Assembly (NCBI GenBank): GCA_028534125.1
Contig: CM052817.1
Location: 14,572,001-14,636,000, forward strand
Origin: Lama glama
Taxonomy: Eukaryota
Direction of reading: 5' to 3'
DNA length: 64,000 bases
Shown: piece after piece, positions 1 through 13,669 of the stretch
Numbering within the stretch: position 1 is the stretch's first letter
How the letters are laid out: each line of letters starts with the position of its first letter
The notes under the pieces: model-generated
What the model was told of the DNA's origin: nothing
Databases searched by the model: none
The model's input: the letters and a program-made list of their open reading frames with translations, nothing else
Translations under genes and position numbers: made by a program

Positions 1-235
1 GAGGAAGTCAGGGAAGATTTTCTGGGTCGGTGGTGTCTAGATTAACACTTCAGATGAAAAGAGTTAAGGAGACTGACAAGTTATCTCTTAACATCACTTA
101 ATTTCTCAAATGAGTGCTTAATATGTACCAAACCCTGCACTCAGAACTTTCAGTGCTTTAACATGCTTTTCTTTTACTCAGGATAAAAGAATTGTCCTTA
201 TGGATTGTCCTTAACTTGTGTTTTTCTCTCACACT

Positions 236-1090
236 CCACTGATGAGCCATCAGGAAATCTTGTTGACTCTTTTGTTAAAATAAATCCAGATTCCCACCCC
301 TTCCCACCACCTGCTCTACTACCATCCCAGCTTTAGCACCATGTTCCCTGGACTGAAGGACGGTGACAGTCCCCTAACCCATCTCCCTCTCTCACCCTGG
401 CTCCTGCTTCTCCCGACTTTTACTGCTGTACTTCACCCTTGAGTCAGATGATGTCACTCCTCACTGAAACTCTACAGTGTCCCACACGCCAACCCTCAGA
501 AGAAAGCCCAAATCCCTACTGCGGCTGAAAGACTTTTCTACAGTCCGATCTTTCCCGTTTGTTCCCTACCTGATCTCATTTCCTAAGACTCTTCCCGTCA
601 CTCCGCTGCCCCAGTCACACTGGCCTTCTTGCTCTTTCTGCATCATGCCAGGCCTGCTCCTGCCTCACGGCATTGTATTGGTTGTTTTTGGTTCCTGAAC
701 TGCTCTTTCCAAACTATACACTGGCAGTCTTCCTCACCTCCTTTGCTCAAGTGGAACTTGGTCTGTGAAGCCTGCCCTGACCACCATATTTAAAAGCGTA
801 GCCCATTCCCCACTCCCTAGTCCCAAATTCCCTCTGCCCTGCTCTCCTTTTCTCATGTCCTCCATCCTCCCGTATCATTCATCAATGTATCATGCATTCC
901 ATAATTCATTTCCTCATTACAGTGATTATTTATTTTCAATCTTCTTCCCCTGGGAACTGAGCTATGGGAGGGCATATATCTTGGTCTATTTTGTTCACCA
1001 ATATACACCAAGCATCTACTACAGTCCTCAGCACACAGTCGGCATGCAACAAATATTTTTTCACTGAATAAATTAAACGATTGAATCATT
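236..1090 (+). mobile_element. LINE-2 (L2) 3' portion, ancient
   Basis: CT-rich L2 body ending in a decayed L2 3' terminus (cagcacacagtcggcatgcaacaaatattttttcactgaataaattaaa); recognised from recalled consensus. Confidence 0.85.
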
Positions 1091-1180
1091 TCAATAAGCG
1101 TATGAAGTAGGAACTCTCTCACACTATCCTAAAAGGATAATTAACTATATTATCCACTCACAGCCAGCTAGGGGCAAAGT

Positions 1181-1230
1181 AGAGATTCAAAGACAGTTAC
1201 ACTCCAGAGATTCAAAAACAGTTACACTAC
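1181..1230. repeat. 25-bp tandem duplication
   Basis: agagattcaaagacagttacactcc followed by agagattcaaaaacagttacactac (2 mismatches). Confidence 0.9.
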
Positions 1231-1499
1231 ACCCTGAGTCCTGGCTCCCAGGCTGTTATTCGTCCTTAGCGCTATCCTGTGATCCTTTTAGGACATGAAT
1301 GGTATGTTTTCTACATGTCCTGAAACTGCCTCAGTGAAATACATAGTACTTTCCATACAGTAGGTGCTCAAGAAATATTTACCTACTTGTGTTCAGCCAG
1401 CTGTTTCCAAGCAACATGACCTTGACTGCTCCCGTGCCTTCCTGCACTGGCTCTTCTAACAGTTGGCCTCAGAAGCTATCATACTAATCTAGGATTCAC

Positions 1500-1612
1500 A
1501 GAAATGATGTAACCCGAGGCCCGGAGAGGTCAGTAGCCTCCCCAAGGCTATGCAGCTACTTAGAGAAAAAGTCAAGCCTGAGACCCAAATCTTCAGACTC
1601 TGCAGTCATTTC
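1500..1612 (-). mobile_element. MIR SINE fragment
   Basis: gaggcccggagaggtcagtagcctccccaaggctatgcagcta resembles the reverse complement of the MIR core. Confidence 0.7.
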
Positions 1613-2779
1613 TCCTTTTGTGATTTTAATTTTTAAATACAGACATGTCTACCCACTTCAAGTGCAAGTTCACAAAGGCAGGGACTATTTGTCTCTTCCA
1701 TGTGCCCTGCAGTGGATTCCCTATGGTAGGGACACCAAGGGTATTCAATAAACACTGGTCTATTTCCAAGGCCCAAGCGGGACTGGCACAAACAGTAGAA
1801 CCAACACAGTTTACCTGGAGGTCAGGCAGGGGTAATGAGGGGAAGTCAAAAATTAAACAGCCTCAAGAAAACAGCTAATAAGCAATCAACTTCACCTTTA
1901 AAAGTGATCACAGCTGCGGAGATGGAGTTGGGAATTAAACAGAATTTGGAAGATTTTTCAATCAATATTCTCCACGATTTTCATTTTAATTTAAAGGGGG
2001 AAAAAACCCAGCAAGCCCTTGAGCAAGACTGATAGATTGCTACTTGATCAATTCTTTCCTTGTCCTGGTTGTAAAAACAAAACCATACATTATCCTAATT
2101 CTTACTTTGGCTAAATGATTTTCAGCAGCATGGGTGGATGGTGACAGCCCAAGTAATTGTGGATTCATCACTTCACACAGCCTAGACTCTCAGTGCTGGA
2201 GCCTTCTTCCTTCTGGGGCACTGTCAAAGAACTCAGGCCCTCCCGGAGTCAAACTGAAAAACCTGTTAAATAATTTAAATTTTTCATTTGTGTTCAAATA
2301 ACTTTTCCTCCATTTCTGCGAACAGCTTGAGAATGATAGCATCAATTCTCATGATTGATAAGCCATGGCCCAATACTCTCCTCAGAGCTTAATTTTTCTT
2401 TCTAATGAATGGCTTCTGACTCCTGCAAAACTACTAAGTGTGCTTTGGGCATACGTTCATCTCAAAGGCCTTTTGGACAGTGTCAGTAACTGTAAGCAGA
2501 TACTCCTCGCCTAATATGAAAATGCTACACAACTTTGTAGTATGAGTAACTAAATTAAATCTAAAAAGAGAGAATGTAGGAAAAAGGCATTAAAAGAGAA
2601 GTGGACTGAGCCTGGCCCCATCTCAGGCCTGCCATTCCTTTGAGCTGGCATGTTTTTGCAAGAGGGGGTCTTTTTGTGTGCGTGTGTAAACTGAAGACAT
2701 GTGTGACCTTGAAATGCCAAGGACTTCTGTTTTTGATTGAAACTCATATGAAAGTTTGGGTTTGGATCACACAGAGGCT

Positions 2780-3204
2780 CCATATGCTTCTTTCCTGTAT
2801 TTAAATTGAAATCTCTCTCATTCTCTCCTTCGCTCCCATTCTCCCTCCCTGTCTCAGAACAAGATTTTAAGGAACTGGTTCATGCGGTTTATGTGGGCAG
2901 GCAGGATCAAAAACCACAGGGCAGGCTGGCAGACTGGAAACTCTTTGGGTGGAAAGCTGCAACTAGGAGCTCATATTCCATTTCTAGGTAACATTTCTCC
3001 CTCAGGGAAATCTCAAGTTCGCTCTTAAAGTCTTTCAAGTGATTGAATGAGGAGCACTCACATTATTGAGACTTAACTCCTTTACTTCAATTCAGCTGAC
3101 TATAGATGTGAACCACATCCACAAAGCACCTCCAGGGCAACACCCAGATGCATGTTCAGTGAAGTAACTGAGGACGACAGCTGAACCAAGGTGACATATC
3201 AAAG
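2780..3204 (-). mobile_element. MLT2-family (ERVL) solo LTR, MLT2D-like
   Basis: Reverse complement resembles the MLT2 5' consensus (…tatgtcaccttggttcagc…tgtggttcacatctatagtcagctgaattgaagtaaaggag…caatcacttgaaagactttaagagc). Confidence 0.8.
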
Positions 3205-3209
3205 AAAGC

Positions 3210-3515
3210 ATCCCTGGGAGCTTACAGTTTAGTGAAAGAGACAGACATTGAACAGGTAACTACACGTTGTGTAAATCACAACTCTATGATGACTACAGAG
3301 GAGTTAGGCTAGTCCAGGGATCAAAAAGTCTTCCCTGCAGAGGTAACATTCAAGCAGAGACCTAATAAGTGAACAGGAGGTCGGCCAGAAGGAAAGGAAC
3401 TGTATTTCAGGCATTTTGTTAGGGCTTATTCAAAAGCCCTGAGTCGAGAATGAACTTAGTACATTTGAGAAATGGAAAAGGGGTCAGGGCAGCTGGAGTC
3501 TAATGAGCTTTGCAC
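3210..3515 (-). mobile_element. L2 fragment
   Basis: ggagcttacagtttagtgaaagagacagacattgaacaggtaa… is typical of antisense L2. Confidence 0.65.
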
Positions 3516-4509
3516 CCAAATGTCCTTAGTGGACAAAGCAGACTTACTGGACAGAAATAAAAGCTTTGGTTTCTGTTGGATTCAGGTTCCTAGTCTAGAT
3601 GTGCTTAAGATATCTTTGGGAGAAACAGAATTTTTCTTATTCTATTAATCCTGTAATAAAAATCTTCTCATGGTCCTAATACATGTAGAATGAAATGTTT
3701 GTCCTCTGAAAAATTTTAGGATCAAGTACTGCCTTGCTGTTTTGATAGCAATTCCTACCACTTTTCTTCCCAAATACCAAACTCCCATCATGCCTTTAGT
3801 TCTCAGACTTCCCAGTGCTAGTTTGGGCTCAGGGCCTTTGAACTTGCTCTGTCTTCTGCTGTCATCACCATTCTCCAAGATTTCACAGAGTAGGCTCCTT
3901 CTGAGCTTTCAGATTTCAGCTCAGAATAGCACCCCTCTCTGTCCCATTTTTGTCATCAGCATCGTACTCTGTCCCATCTGTTTGTTTCCTTACTCTCTCC
4001 ATTCACTTGCATGAAAAGTTCACAAGAGCAGAGATTTTGATTGTAAGCATTTAATATGTATTTTTGAAAATATGGATTTACTACTTCTGATAAATAATCT
4101 TTGAACTTAACTTTATTCATCTCTAGGATGAGACTAGTATTGCATATCTGGTCTGTCCACAGGACCACCAGACTATGCATTGGGACATGTATTTAACACA
4201 CTTGTAAACTGTGGAGGGCTGCAAAGTGATTCTCTTACATACAACCAAAGACTAAACGTTTTGTGGTTGCCTTCAAAGTATTTTTGCATTCTTGTTTTTC
4301 GCTTGGCTTCTTTGTCAACAAACCCATGTCTCTAAAATTTAAATAAAAAAAAAAGCTAGAAGGGACATGATTTAAACAATGTCTCAGAGAAACTATTACA
4401 AGGTAATGAGATATGAGGAAAAACTGTTCTAAGACTGTCTGATTATATAGTAGCAGAACCATTCTAGAATTGTGCCCATTTTTCAGTTGGGAAGAAATGT
4501 CATAAGCCT

Positions 4510-4720
4510 ACAGCCTGGTGAATGAGTAAGAACACAAATTGTAGAGTGAGATGAATGATGACCCAGTCTTAGTAAATTGCTCAATTTTTATAAAACAGAT
4601 GGATAAATATGCAGAGCCAAAAAGGCTGTCATGAGGATTAACTAGGATATATAAAAGCACACATTACTGAGCTGGCCCATAGTAGGTGCTAAACAGTATT
4701 ATTATTATTAATTACTGTTA
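4510..4720 (+). mobile_element. MIR SINE
   Basis: Decayed MIR ending gtcatgaggattaact…ggcccatagtaggtgctaaacagtattattatt. Confidence 0.7.
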
Positions 4721-5609
4721 CTGCCACAATAGCATTCAAAGGGTGAGCGTAGCATTTTACACCATGCCATCCATATCGACAGTCTGTGGATGATCAATTT
4801 AGGTGACATTCAAAGAGGTCTGGGAAGGGACCACTGAGTTACAGGCATCGACATAATGAGGCTTGAGTAATGACTTTTAGTCTCCCAATAGAAGCATCTC
4901 AGAAGCCTCCGGCCTCAGTAGTTCTAGGCAATAGCTCCAGAACTCAGGATTCCTCTGTTTCTCGAAGCTGTTTTCATCTCAGTAGAGAAGTCACAGGCAA
5001 AGACAAATGCGGAGCTCAAGCAGAGATTTGTCCAGCCAAGAATGATACTACCAGCTTTGAAAAGAAGTCGGTTCTTCCTGTTTCTTGTAGATGTCACAGC
5101 CCACCTGATGGGTGTCCCTACGGCTGCTGTAACAAGTAGCACGGTACTTTCAGGGCATTTTCTTTCACTCGATTAGAAAGCTGATTCCTTGGCTCCCTCC
5201 TTCCTACTGATTTGCTTTCTGCGCTCCTTTTGAAGTCTGTCTCTTAAAAAAGTCTAGTCTACATGCAAGACCACAGAACCAGGGCACTTGGAAAGAGAGA
5301 GGAGCGTTGGCCTGGTCCCCTCACCTTTCTCAGAGCCTCACTTTGGTGTGTCCTCAGGAGGTCAGCCCAACCTCTCTTCTACCTACTCTTAGAACTGATT
5401 GTTGCCAGTCAAAAACAGAGAAACCGCTGCCCTGTAATTCTGCAACAACTGTCTTATTTATTTGTGTGAGTAATTGGCTCCTTATATACCATAAATTCAA
5501 AGTGCTCATTAAAAAAAATAAGGCGATGCTCCTTTTAGTCAAAAGCTAGGGCATCTTGTTAAACGTCAGAGATGTTTGGGAAGGCCAGATTTAGTGAAAC
5601 TGAGTTCAG

Positions 5610-5900
5610 CTGAGGGCTTTCTAGATGCTGGAAGCATTCTAAGAGCTGAGGATATAATAAAACATGACATAGTTCTTGCTCTTAAAAAAATCCTGCCTTT
5701 TAGGGATGATAGACTATAAAACAGGCGATTTCTTTATAGCATGAATAGTTAGAACACTGGGTGATGGGATCAAAAAGTCTAGGCGCCCTAACCTAGATCA
5801 GAGGCTGAGGTGGAGAGGACTATGATGGCTTCCTGGAGGAGTGAGGAAACCCAACCCAGGATGTAGAAATGCTTCTCAATATACAATGTCTGAGGGTGGC
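5610..5900 (-). mobile_element. L2 fragment
   Basis: ctaagagctgaggatataataaaacatgacatagttcttgctct…ggcttcctggaggagtgag is antisense-L2-like. Confidence 0.6.
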
Positions 5901-6758
5901 CTGTGGGAATAAGATGAGGAGCCAGAGACAAGAATGTAGAATCAGACACAGTATCTGAGTCACTAGGTCACGTGGAGAAAGGTAGGCGCTTAAGCCAGGC
6001 TCACTTAGAGAAGAGGCGATTCCTCATTGGTTTTCCCATCTCTGCTCTGATTCTGAGTAAAGCACGATCAAAAGGGGACTGATAGGAAGGCAGTGCAAGG
6101 GAAGTCCTATGACCAAGATGGCAGAGTCAGCACTTAATGAAATCCAGCACCTGCAAGAACAGACAGAGAGATCTTGCAAAGACGTCAGCAGAATTACTGA
6201 AAGCCTGGAACAAAACCATGTTCCCAAGACTGAAAGAGCCAGAGAAAGTGCTCAAGGCCGTGTGCGACCAAAGCTTCAAGCACCTGCCGGGGCTCTTTAA
6301 ATCACAGTGTGTGTCTGACTCAGAAGATATGAAGACGGGGAAGACTTTTTTCAGGCTTTACTTAAAAAAGAAACTGAATAGCAGAAAGGAGTTTGGACAT
6401 ACTGCTAGGCTGAATATCCCTTCTTTCTTGCTTTAAATTAGTACTTTATTATATATTACCTTATTTCCTTTACCAGAATATGCTGGTAAGTGTTTACAAA
6501 CTGGTTTCAATGACAAATACTTTGTTTAGAAAAGTGCACATGGTCATGGGAGGATCTCCACTGGATCCGTGCCTCTAGGGACCTGCCCTCTTAGATGCTC
6601 AGAGGATCCCTAACCATTTAGTTATCAATTCTCTGACCTGCAGAGGTGAGGTCACCTGGGTGCTTTCAAGGCTGTGAAGATAAGGCAATTTCATGAGGGC
6701 AAATGCCACTGGGAATCTTCAGTCTACAGAAAGAAGAGATAAAACACTGAAGAAAAAT

Positions 6759-6759
<1 letters not shown>

Positions 6760-6811
<52 letters not shown>

Positions 6812-6843
6812 CACATATATATACACACACACATACACATACA
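6760..6843. repeat. Compound (TA)n/(CA)n microsatellite
   Basis: Directly visible dinucleotide runs. Confidence 0.95.
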
Positions 6844-8535
6844 TCTACCTGTGTATACAAGCACAGACACAAAGATACAATTTTCTGTACCAGTTGGAGT
6901 ATTTTCACTCTAAAAACCTTTCGCTAAAGGGCAAAAGACATAGATCTTTGTGTAGGTCTCTCTTTTATGGGGATGGTAATTAATTAGTCCGAAATTAAAA
7001 ATTTAAATTCTAAAAGTGTCCCCAGTTTTTTTTTAACCTCTGAATCTCTCGACTGATTCTGAAGAGATTCTGGATTCATTTCTAGTCCAGGCAACTCCTT
7101 TGGAAGTGGAAAAATCAATTAACTCGGATTGTTTTTCCCCGAGGCATTTCTGTCATTATTCTTTTCTTCTGTTTTCCTATTATATGGTGATGGTATTTGG
7201 GGGCACAGAAAGGAGCTGCTGTAATTACAACAATGACCTGGCAAATAGCTAAAGAGCTACAACAGCCCGGCCTGCCATCTGATACAAAAGTAACCACACC
7301 ACTATCAATCTTTCCTCCAGGAAAAAAAAAAATTGGGACCATTAGATTTGTCGTATCGTTGCCTCTAAAATTTTAAGAAATTAAAAAGATTTAACTACAG
7401 AGGGTCTTAATTCCTTCTTAGTTCCTCCTGCTTGATAAGTTTCAGTTTTAGCTTACTTCTCCCCTGTTCCCCATATGTACTCTTATATGAGCCTCTTAAT
7501 AACACACTTTGATGTTCAACAATTGAATAAAATATAATTTGAGTGGGAATTCTTATTAACATCCAGCATACATTTACAGAGTCTGCTTTCCATTATCTCA
7601 CTAGTGCCCTCATGTACAGAGTTGATAATGTAGTACAAAGTCTGCAATTATAAGTGCCCGTGATGAATACTACATTGCAAACTCAGTAAGATATTACTGG
7701 GGAAATTTGCTTATGGCAATCTGACCAATCACGGCTTCTGTCTTCAAAATGTGTAAAGGATATAGTTTTTAAAATCCGATTTTCCATTTTTTTGAGACAT
7801 AAACCCACATCTGCCCCTCCCGCCTGCTTTTAGAAACTGCTTTGTGGTTCCAAGGCAAGAAGCTTATTACCAAGTCTTACATCCTCAGAGCATCATAGCT
7901 TTACCCACTAGAGGTGAGAACAGCAATTTGAACTCCATTCCAATTGAATATGCTACCCCTAATTAGAGCTAAATTACTTAAAACTCTATAAAGAATGCCC
8001 CTAATCTGATATAATGGTAGAAGAAAACTTTTTAATGGTGGTCAAACTTCGGTTTTAAGTTCTTCCTTCCACTGGAAGGATGAATCAGCATGAAGATCAG
8101 TTTAGAATCAAGGGAGAGAAAGAAATCTAGGAAAATGAGGACCTGTCTATTCTCTTGTGCTCTCAAGAGCTGCCTGCTGGCTAAACCATCATGTTTCAAC
8201 CATTATTCTCTGTAGAAGGAGATTGACGAGGTAGTCAACTGAGTAAGTGTCTCCTATAGAATTCATGGTTATCAAGAAATGTCAGCCTAAATACCAGGCT
8301 CAAGTTATCATGGTAGATAAGCAACATTCTGTGCAGATTTCCCTACAACAAAAGAAACAGTGATCTCACACACTCTCTTTTATTTAACTCAGCAGACATT
8401 TATGGAGCACGTACTGTGTGCTAGATTCAATGGGAAACAGAATGAAACCTGCATTCATGGTTCCTACCACTGAAGAGCCCGCCTACCACCTTGAACACTT
8501 TACATTTAGAAGAAAACTGAAAAGCTTAATAGATC

Positions 8536-8537
<2 letters not shown>

Positions 8538-8568
<31 letters not shown>
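8538..8568. repeat. (CA)n microsatellite
   Basis: About 15 perfect CA units. Confidence 0.95.
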
Positions 8569-8570
<2 letters not shown>

Positions 8571-11469
8571 ATACACAAAAAACCCCACCTCTGTCATCTT
8601 TCTCAAACTTCAGCCAGGGATAAGTAGTTTATATAAACACTCTTTCTCAGCTTTTTTTTCTAGGAACTAGACACATGTAGAGGTACATTTAAGCACCTGA
8701 ACATTTTCAGCATAAAGCAGTGACCAAAAGAAACAGGATTTGTTAAGTAGGTCCTCAGGTAATAAACTCTCAGTGTTAGAATTTAGAAGTTAGTTAATAA
8801 CCATATATTTTAATAATATAGAAGGCAAGCCTTGGCCAGAATTAATCAGATCATCAGGACATTCAGAACTCCTACTTCTAGGCAAAATATATTCATCAGC
8901 TACTAGTTAATTAAATGGAAATCAAATGAAAATACACTTTGCTGCCAGAAGGCTGGAATCCTTGGCAGTGATTAACTGTACTGATCGAGGTACTTTTCAT
9001 TAGATCTTCCTGGGAAGGGATGATTACAAGCAGCTGATAGAGACAAACGAACTGACATGGGTGCATGTCCACGGCTAGAAGAAAAGCCAGCACCTCCTCC
9101 ATCCCCCAGGCTACTCTTGTCCTAAATCTCCAAGGCTCAAAGTATATTTAGGTTCCTCTGGGTTCCTATTGCTCAAATGTCCTGTTTCCAGTGGTTTCTG
9201 AACCTCTACCTTGTACCACCTCGTCTGCAACTCCCATCCTTTTTATTTCCACCATTATCCTACCACTTTGCCCTACACTGGAAAACATAGATTCCTTCAG
9301 TTTCCTAAAATAAGCACTATTCCAGTACACCTGAGTGTAGCACTTTTGATTAAGTTTGGGGTAACACGAAGAGCTTAAAGCAAGACACAGTGACAGCAAA
9401 TGTAAGTTTGAATTCTAGACTTTACTTCCCTAAAATTTCCAATCCATTCCCAACATGGATAAAAAAAAATTGTGGGTCATGGCCATCTATAGAATCCTGC
9501 TTCCTGCCAAAAGTTCTCAAGCTCCTCTCCTGATTCGGTCTCTCTCCTCTCCTTCACTCTTTCCAAGCCCTTATTCTACTCCCCCGCAACCTACAATAGA
9601 GCTGTTGTGAGTAATAACAGATTTCCTGAGACTTGGTTTTGCAGAGTGTAACTTTCAGAACACACCCAAGGGGAGGGACGTTATCAAAAATCACCCTTAT
9701 GGTATGTGTTCTAACAAAAGAAATGTTGTCCTGCCTAACAGGGATTTTGCCTTCCTTCAAGATCAAGAGACTAGTATCACTGCCTTCTTTTCAAAATAAT
9801 ATATTTTCTCTCCTTTTTTCATCCATCCATTCTTTAGTTATTCAGTACCTCCTATGTAGCCCACTATGCTAGGCTTTGGGAAAAGAGAAATTATCAAAAA
9901 TAAATGACTCAGTAAAATATTATCAGATTGAATACTTAAATATTTTTGCTTATCTCTACAACGGTTATGAATATCCCAATGAATGGCTCAATTAATTTAG
10001 AGTCTTCTTACTTTGGCTAACGACTAGTTGAAAACGGGTTTGAATTTATTTAACTGGTTCATTTTCAAAACTATGAATCCTTTGCTTTGAACTGGCTTTT
10101 TTTTAAACCTCTTGACACACCAGGCACAGCTTTAAAAATCTGAAAAATATTATCCCATCATAATATATGCTCATGGGTAGGAAACCACACAAACCTACTT
10201 CTTAAATTCAGCACCGTTAGCACAATAAAGCTCTCCGGCCATGCTCTTCTGTTTTATAGAGAACTTTATTAGTCTCCATTCAAATGATCAAATTTTCAAC
10301 TGTTTTGATATGAGTTCCAAACTCCTTCACAGAGAGTAAGTACATGATAAGGAATGTAAAGAATTAATAGAATATGTTACCTCCGAGCAATTACATACGT
10401 AGCACTGAAGTATTTCTACTTGAAGGTGTACGAGCAGGCTTTTGTTTGTTTTGGTAAATGTCTCCTGCCAAATGTACCCTTTATAATGATAAGAACCTTG
10501 GTGGCTTCTTTGCAGGAAGAGCATAATAACTCTTTCAATTTAGTGTGTATGTTAGTCATTACCCAAGTGGGGGAAATGTGCTAGGTTGTGTGTCAGCTGA
10601 GTCAGAGAGAACACCACAGCCCAGGAAAATTATACTTTGTCATAATGATATCTGAACTGAAGTTTCCACGTGTCCACGCTAAGCTGAGTGAGTCACTGCT
10701 TGGGTAGTGCACTCAGAAGGTCCTAGACACCCATCCCTAAGTGCAGTTTAAAACGTAGCTCATTTCCAGAAATGGGGGAGTTTTATGTCATTCTCTTATC
10801 TTCCATTTCTTTCTGTCACACGTCAGGTTAATCTCACAGAAGGGGCCCTCGCTCCCGGAATGATTTCATATATTGTTGTTCCAAGGAGAGCAGGAGAAAG
10901 AAAACCATTTGAATGCAAAATTCCTCTTTGGAAATGATTGTGAGAGGGGAAATGTATGTAATAACAAAAAGAAAGCCTTGGCTCAGACCCCTCAGAGCAA
11001 TAACTTTTTCTGACTCATTTTCCCTGATTGGCCTTCTCTCAAAGTGAAATCAAAAGTAGCGCACATCCAAGTTTAGCAACCCTCCAAGTTCCAACGTGTT
11101 TCACTGTGGGATTTTTGGAGCAGAGCTGGTCTTAGCAAATGGTGATGCAGGTGAAATTCAGTTTGATGTGGGTTCATCTTCCTGCTCCCAGTTTCCTCAC
11201 CATCCTTTCCTCCTAAAACGCCATTTCCTAAAAGCCTTCAAGAGCCAAGAGAAACCTATTGATGGATTTTTCAGACCCCTGACATTTTAAGATTCTGGGC
11301 CTTTCAAGGACCAGATACATACAGGTGCAACTACACAAAGGGTAGCCACGTTTGGAAGAGTCAAATGTTTTCCCACCATTTCTTCCACTCTTTCCCTCGA
11401 TCTTTGCCTTAATATATATTTCCTTTAGTTGAAATTTATAGTGTCTCTAAGTTGGACATGGGGATCTCA

Positions 11470-11690
11470 CTTTTTCAGTGAGTGCCCACCATGCGCTAGG
11501 TATGAGGTTTTCTACACAGTCTCGCATTTCATCTTCACAACAGCCCCACAAGGTAGGTATTGTCGTGCCTGTGTGACAAACACGGAAACTGAAGTTCAGA
11601 GAGATTAAGCAAACGACACAGGGAGCTAGGTAGGGCTGGTCCTGACTCAGTGGAAGCCTTTCTGTCTCCAAAGCTCTGCTCTTCCTAGTT
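11470..11690 (-). mobile_element. MIR SINE
   Basis: catttcatcttcacaacagccccacaaggtaggtatt…ggaaactgaagttcagagagattaagcaa matches antisense MIR. Confidence 0.85.
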
Positions 11691-11880
11691 TATCACTTTA
11701 CCTACCATCAAGCTCTGGAGATGACTCAGGACAGACAAGAAGGGACTACGAGGCCTCGTGTGACTCTGCGCTTCACCAGAACTCAGATCACTGAGCATTT
11801 CCTTCTCACATTTACCTCATGCCAAATACAGATTTGGTATTTCTCACACCACACAACTCATTTTAATCTGATCAAAGCCC

Positions 11881-12048
11881 TTTTTTTTTGTATACATACA
11901 TTTTTATTGAAGTATAGTCAGGTTACAAAATTGCGTTAATTTCTGGTGTACCATATAACGCTTCAGTCATACATGGACATACATATATTCGTTTTCATAT
12001 TCTTTTTCACCGTAAGTTGCAAGATATTGAATATAGTTCCCTGTGCTC
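11881..12048 (-). mobile_element. 5'-truncated artiodactyl-type L1 3' tail
   Basis: Poly-T, then tttttattgaagtatagtcaggttacaa…gatattgaatatagttccctgtgct; flanked by aaagccYttt on both sides (probable TSD). Confidence 0.85.
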
Positions 12049-12309
12049 ACTAAAGCCTTTATATCCATAAATTTCTGCAATTCTTTTCTCCTCTTAAACG
12101 TACTACGTCATGTCTTGTCTCCTCAAATCTTATTTTACTGTAGAGAAAGCGTGCTAAGAGCAGGAATCAAACAAATGCTCTAACATTACATTCTGCAGGA
12201 AAACTCCCACTCAAGAACTCACTATAGACCAAGACAGCAAATACACCCTCCATTACCGTAAAAACAAACCCTAAGAAAGAGAACTGTGGCCTATCGAGGA
12301 AGAAAGAAA

Positions 12310-12457
12310 GAATAAAGACTGGACTTTTGAGTCACACAGACCTTAGACCTTGGTCTGTAACATTTAGCATCTTCTGACTCAAGACCTTGAGTCTATCACT
12401 CAAGCTTTAAAAACCACTGTGATACACAGTCCTTCTCTTATCTGTGAAAAATTTTAG
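12310..12457 (+). mobile_element. MIR 5' part (interrupted by LTR; resumes ~13670-13720)
   Basis: ggacttttgagtcacacagacc…cttatctgtgaaaa before the LTR, and cagtgagaataaatgaaataatgcac after it. Confidence 0.55.
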
Positions 12458-13669
12458 TGAAACCGAGCAGGACCCTGTGGGGTTCTCCCTTTCCGTGTGC
12501 TCCACTTCTTGTTTGTCAGAAATAGGCTTTCTTCAGCCTCCTTGGCCTTCCCTGAGTTCCAAAGGGCAAATTCAAAGAGTTGCTAATCAGGGAAGGGCAG
12601 GGATGCAGAGACCAGGGAGGAACAGTCAGGAAACAATAGTATAGCCTTGGGGCAGAGTCCTGGTTCCTCCTCAAGGAATATACATAACAATTTATCTCTG
12701 AGTTCGTCTGCAGGAACCAAGCCTCCCCTCCCCACAGATGGAGGAGGTTAACTTCAGGCTGAGCAAAGATTCCTGGAACATCGCCAGGTTACCTTGAGAC
12801 AGGAAGAATGAATGTGGGGCGATAGGAAGGCGGGGACGTGCCTGGGACGTGCCCCGCCAAGTATGGGTCCTTGGCTTCGCGCAGGAAAGAATTCAAGAGT
12901 GAGCACAGTTGCGTAAAGACAGATTTATTTAGATAGATACATACTACACAGAGTGTAGGCTGTTTCAGAAGGCGAGAGACAGGCCACAAGCATAGAGGTT
13001 GGGAGCTCAGGTTAAAGTAAAAGTAGACACACACTCCATAGACAAGAGTACGGGCCACCTCCGAAGATGAGGGAGTGAGAGACCACAAGGTGTGGTGTTG
13101 CTAGTTTTTATGGGCTCAGTAGCTTCATATGCTAGTAAGTGGGAGGATCGTTCCAACTATTTTGGGGAAGGGGTTGGGATTTCTAGGAATTGGGCCACCG
13201 CCCACTTTTTAACCTTTTATGGTCAGCCTCAGACTATCATGGCGCCTGTCGGAGTGTTATTTCCCATGCTAATACATTATAATGAGCATATAATGAAGCT
13301 CAAGGTCTACCGGGAGTCAAGTCTCCTGTCATCTTGAGCTTCAAGGCCTACTGAGAGTTGAGTCTTCCACCATTTTGGTGTTAACTGCTGTGTCATTCCT
13401 TGAATGGCTGTGCCCTGCCCTCTTCCTTCCTGTCTCAACCTCATCACCAACCAATCAGAAGAAAGTCACACACCCTGCAGCCCTCACCCCAGATTTTGCT
13501 TATAAATACTTTTCCCGCAAAACCATCAGGGAGTTTAGGTTTTTAGAGCGTGAGCCACTGGTCCTTCTTGCTCGGCCCTGCAATATAACCTTTCTCTGCT
13601 CCAAATTCCAGTGTTTCGGTTTATTTGGCCTCACTGTGCATCAGGCATGTGAACTTTTGTTCGATAACA
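12458..13669 (+). mobile_element. ERV1-type solo LTR (outer), split by a nested LTR
   Basis: Starts TGAAACCGAGCAGG and ends TTCGATAACA (TG…CA); tataaa at ~13501; flanks ttag/tgag form an imperfect 4-bp TSD. Confidence 0.8.
12795..13437 (-). mobile_element. MER41-like ERV1 solo LTR nested in the outer LTR
   Basis: Perfect 4-bp TSD acct (12791-12794 and 13438-13441); 12-bp inverted termini TGAGACAGGAAG…CTTCCTGTCTCA; minus-strand aataaa; reverse complement contains cattatatgctcattataatgtattagcatg…cactccgacaggcgccatga, resembling the recalled MER41 consensus. Confidence 0.88.

Noticed and set aside
6113..6126. 14-mer ccaagatggcagag repeated at 55298-55311
   Set aside because: Several 14-mer matches are expected by chance in 64 kb, and the flanks are unrelated.
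6109..6300. 63-aa ORF with a good Kozak context (aagATGg) and coiled-coil-like composition
   Set aside because: No recognisable homology or splice structure, and the length is within chance expectation. It would need PhyloCSF or Ribo-seq support.
12795..13437. DNA transposon suggested by perfect 12-bp terminal inverted repeats
   Set aside because: TG…CA ends, a 4-bp TSD, a poly-A signal and MER41 similarity indicate a retroviral LTR.
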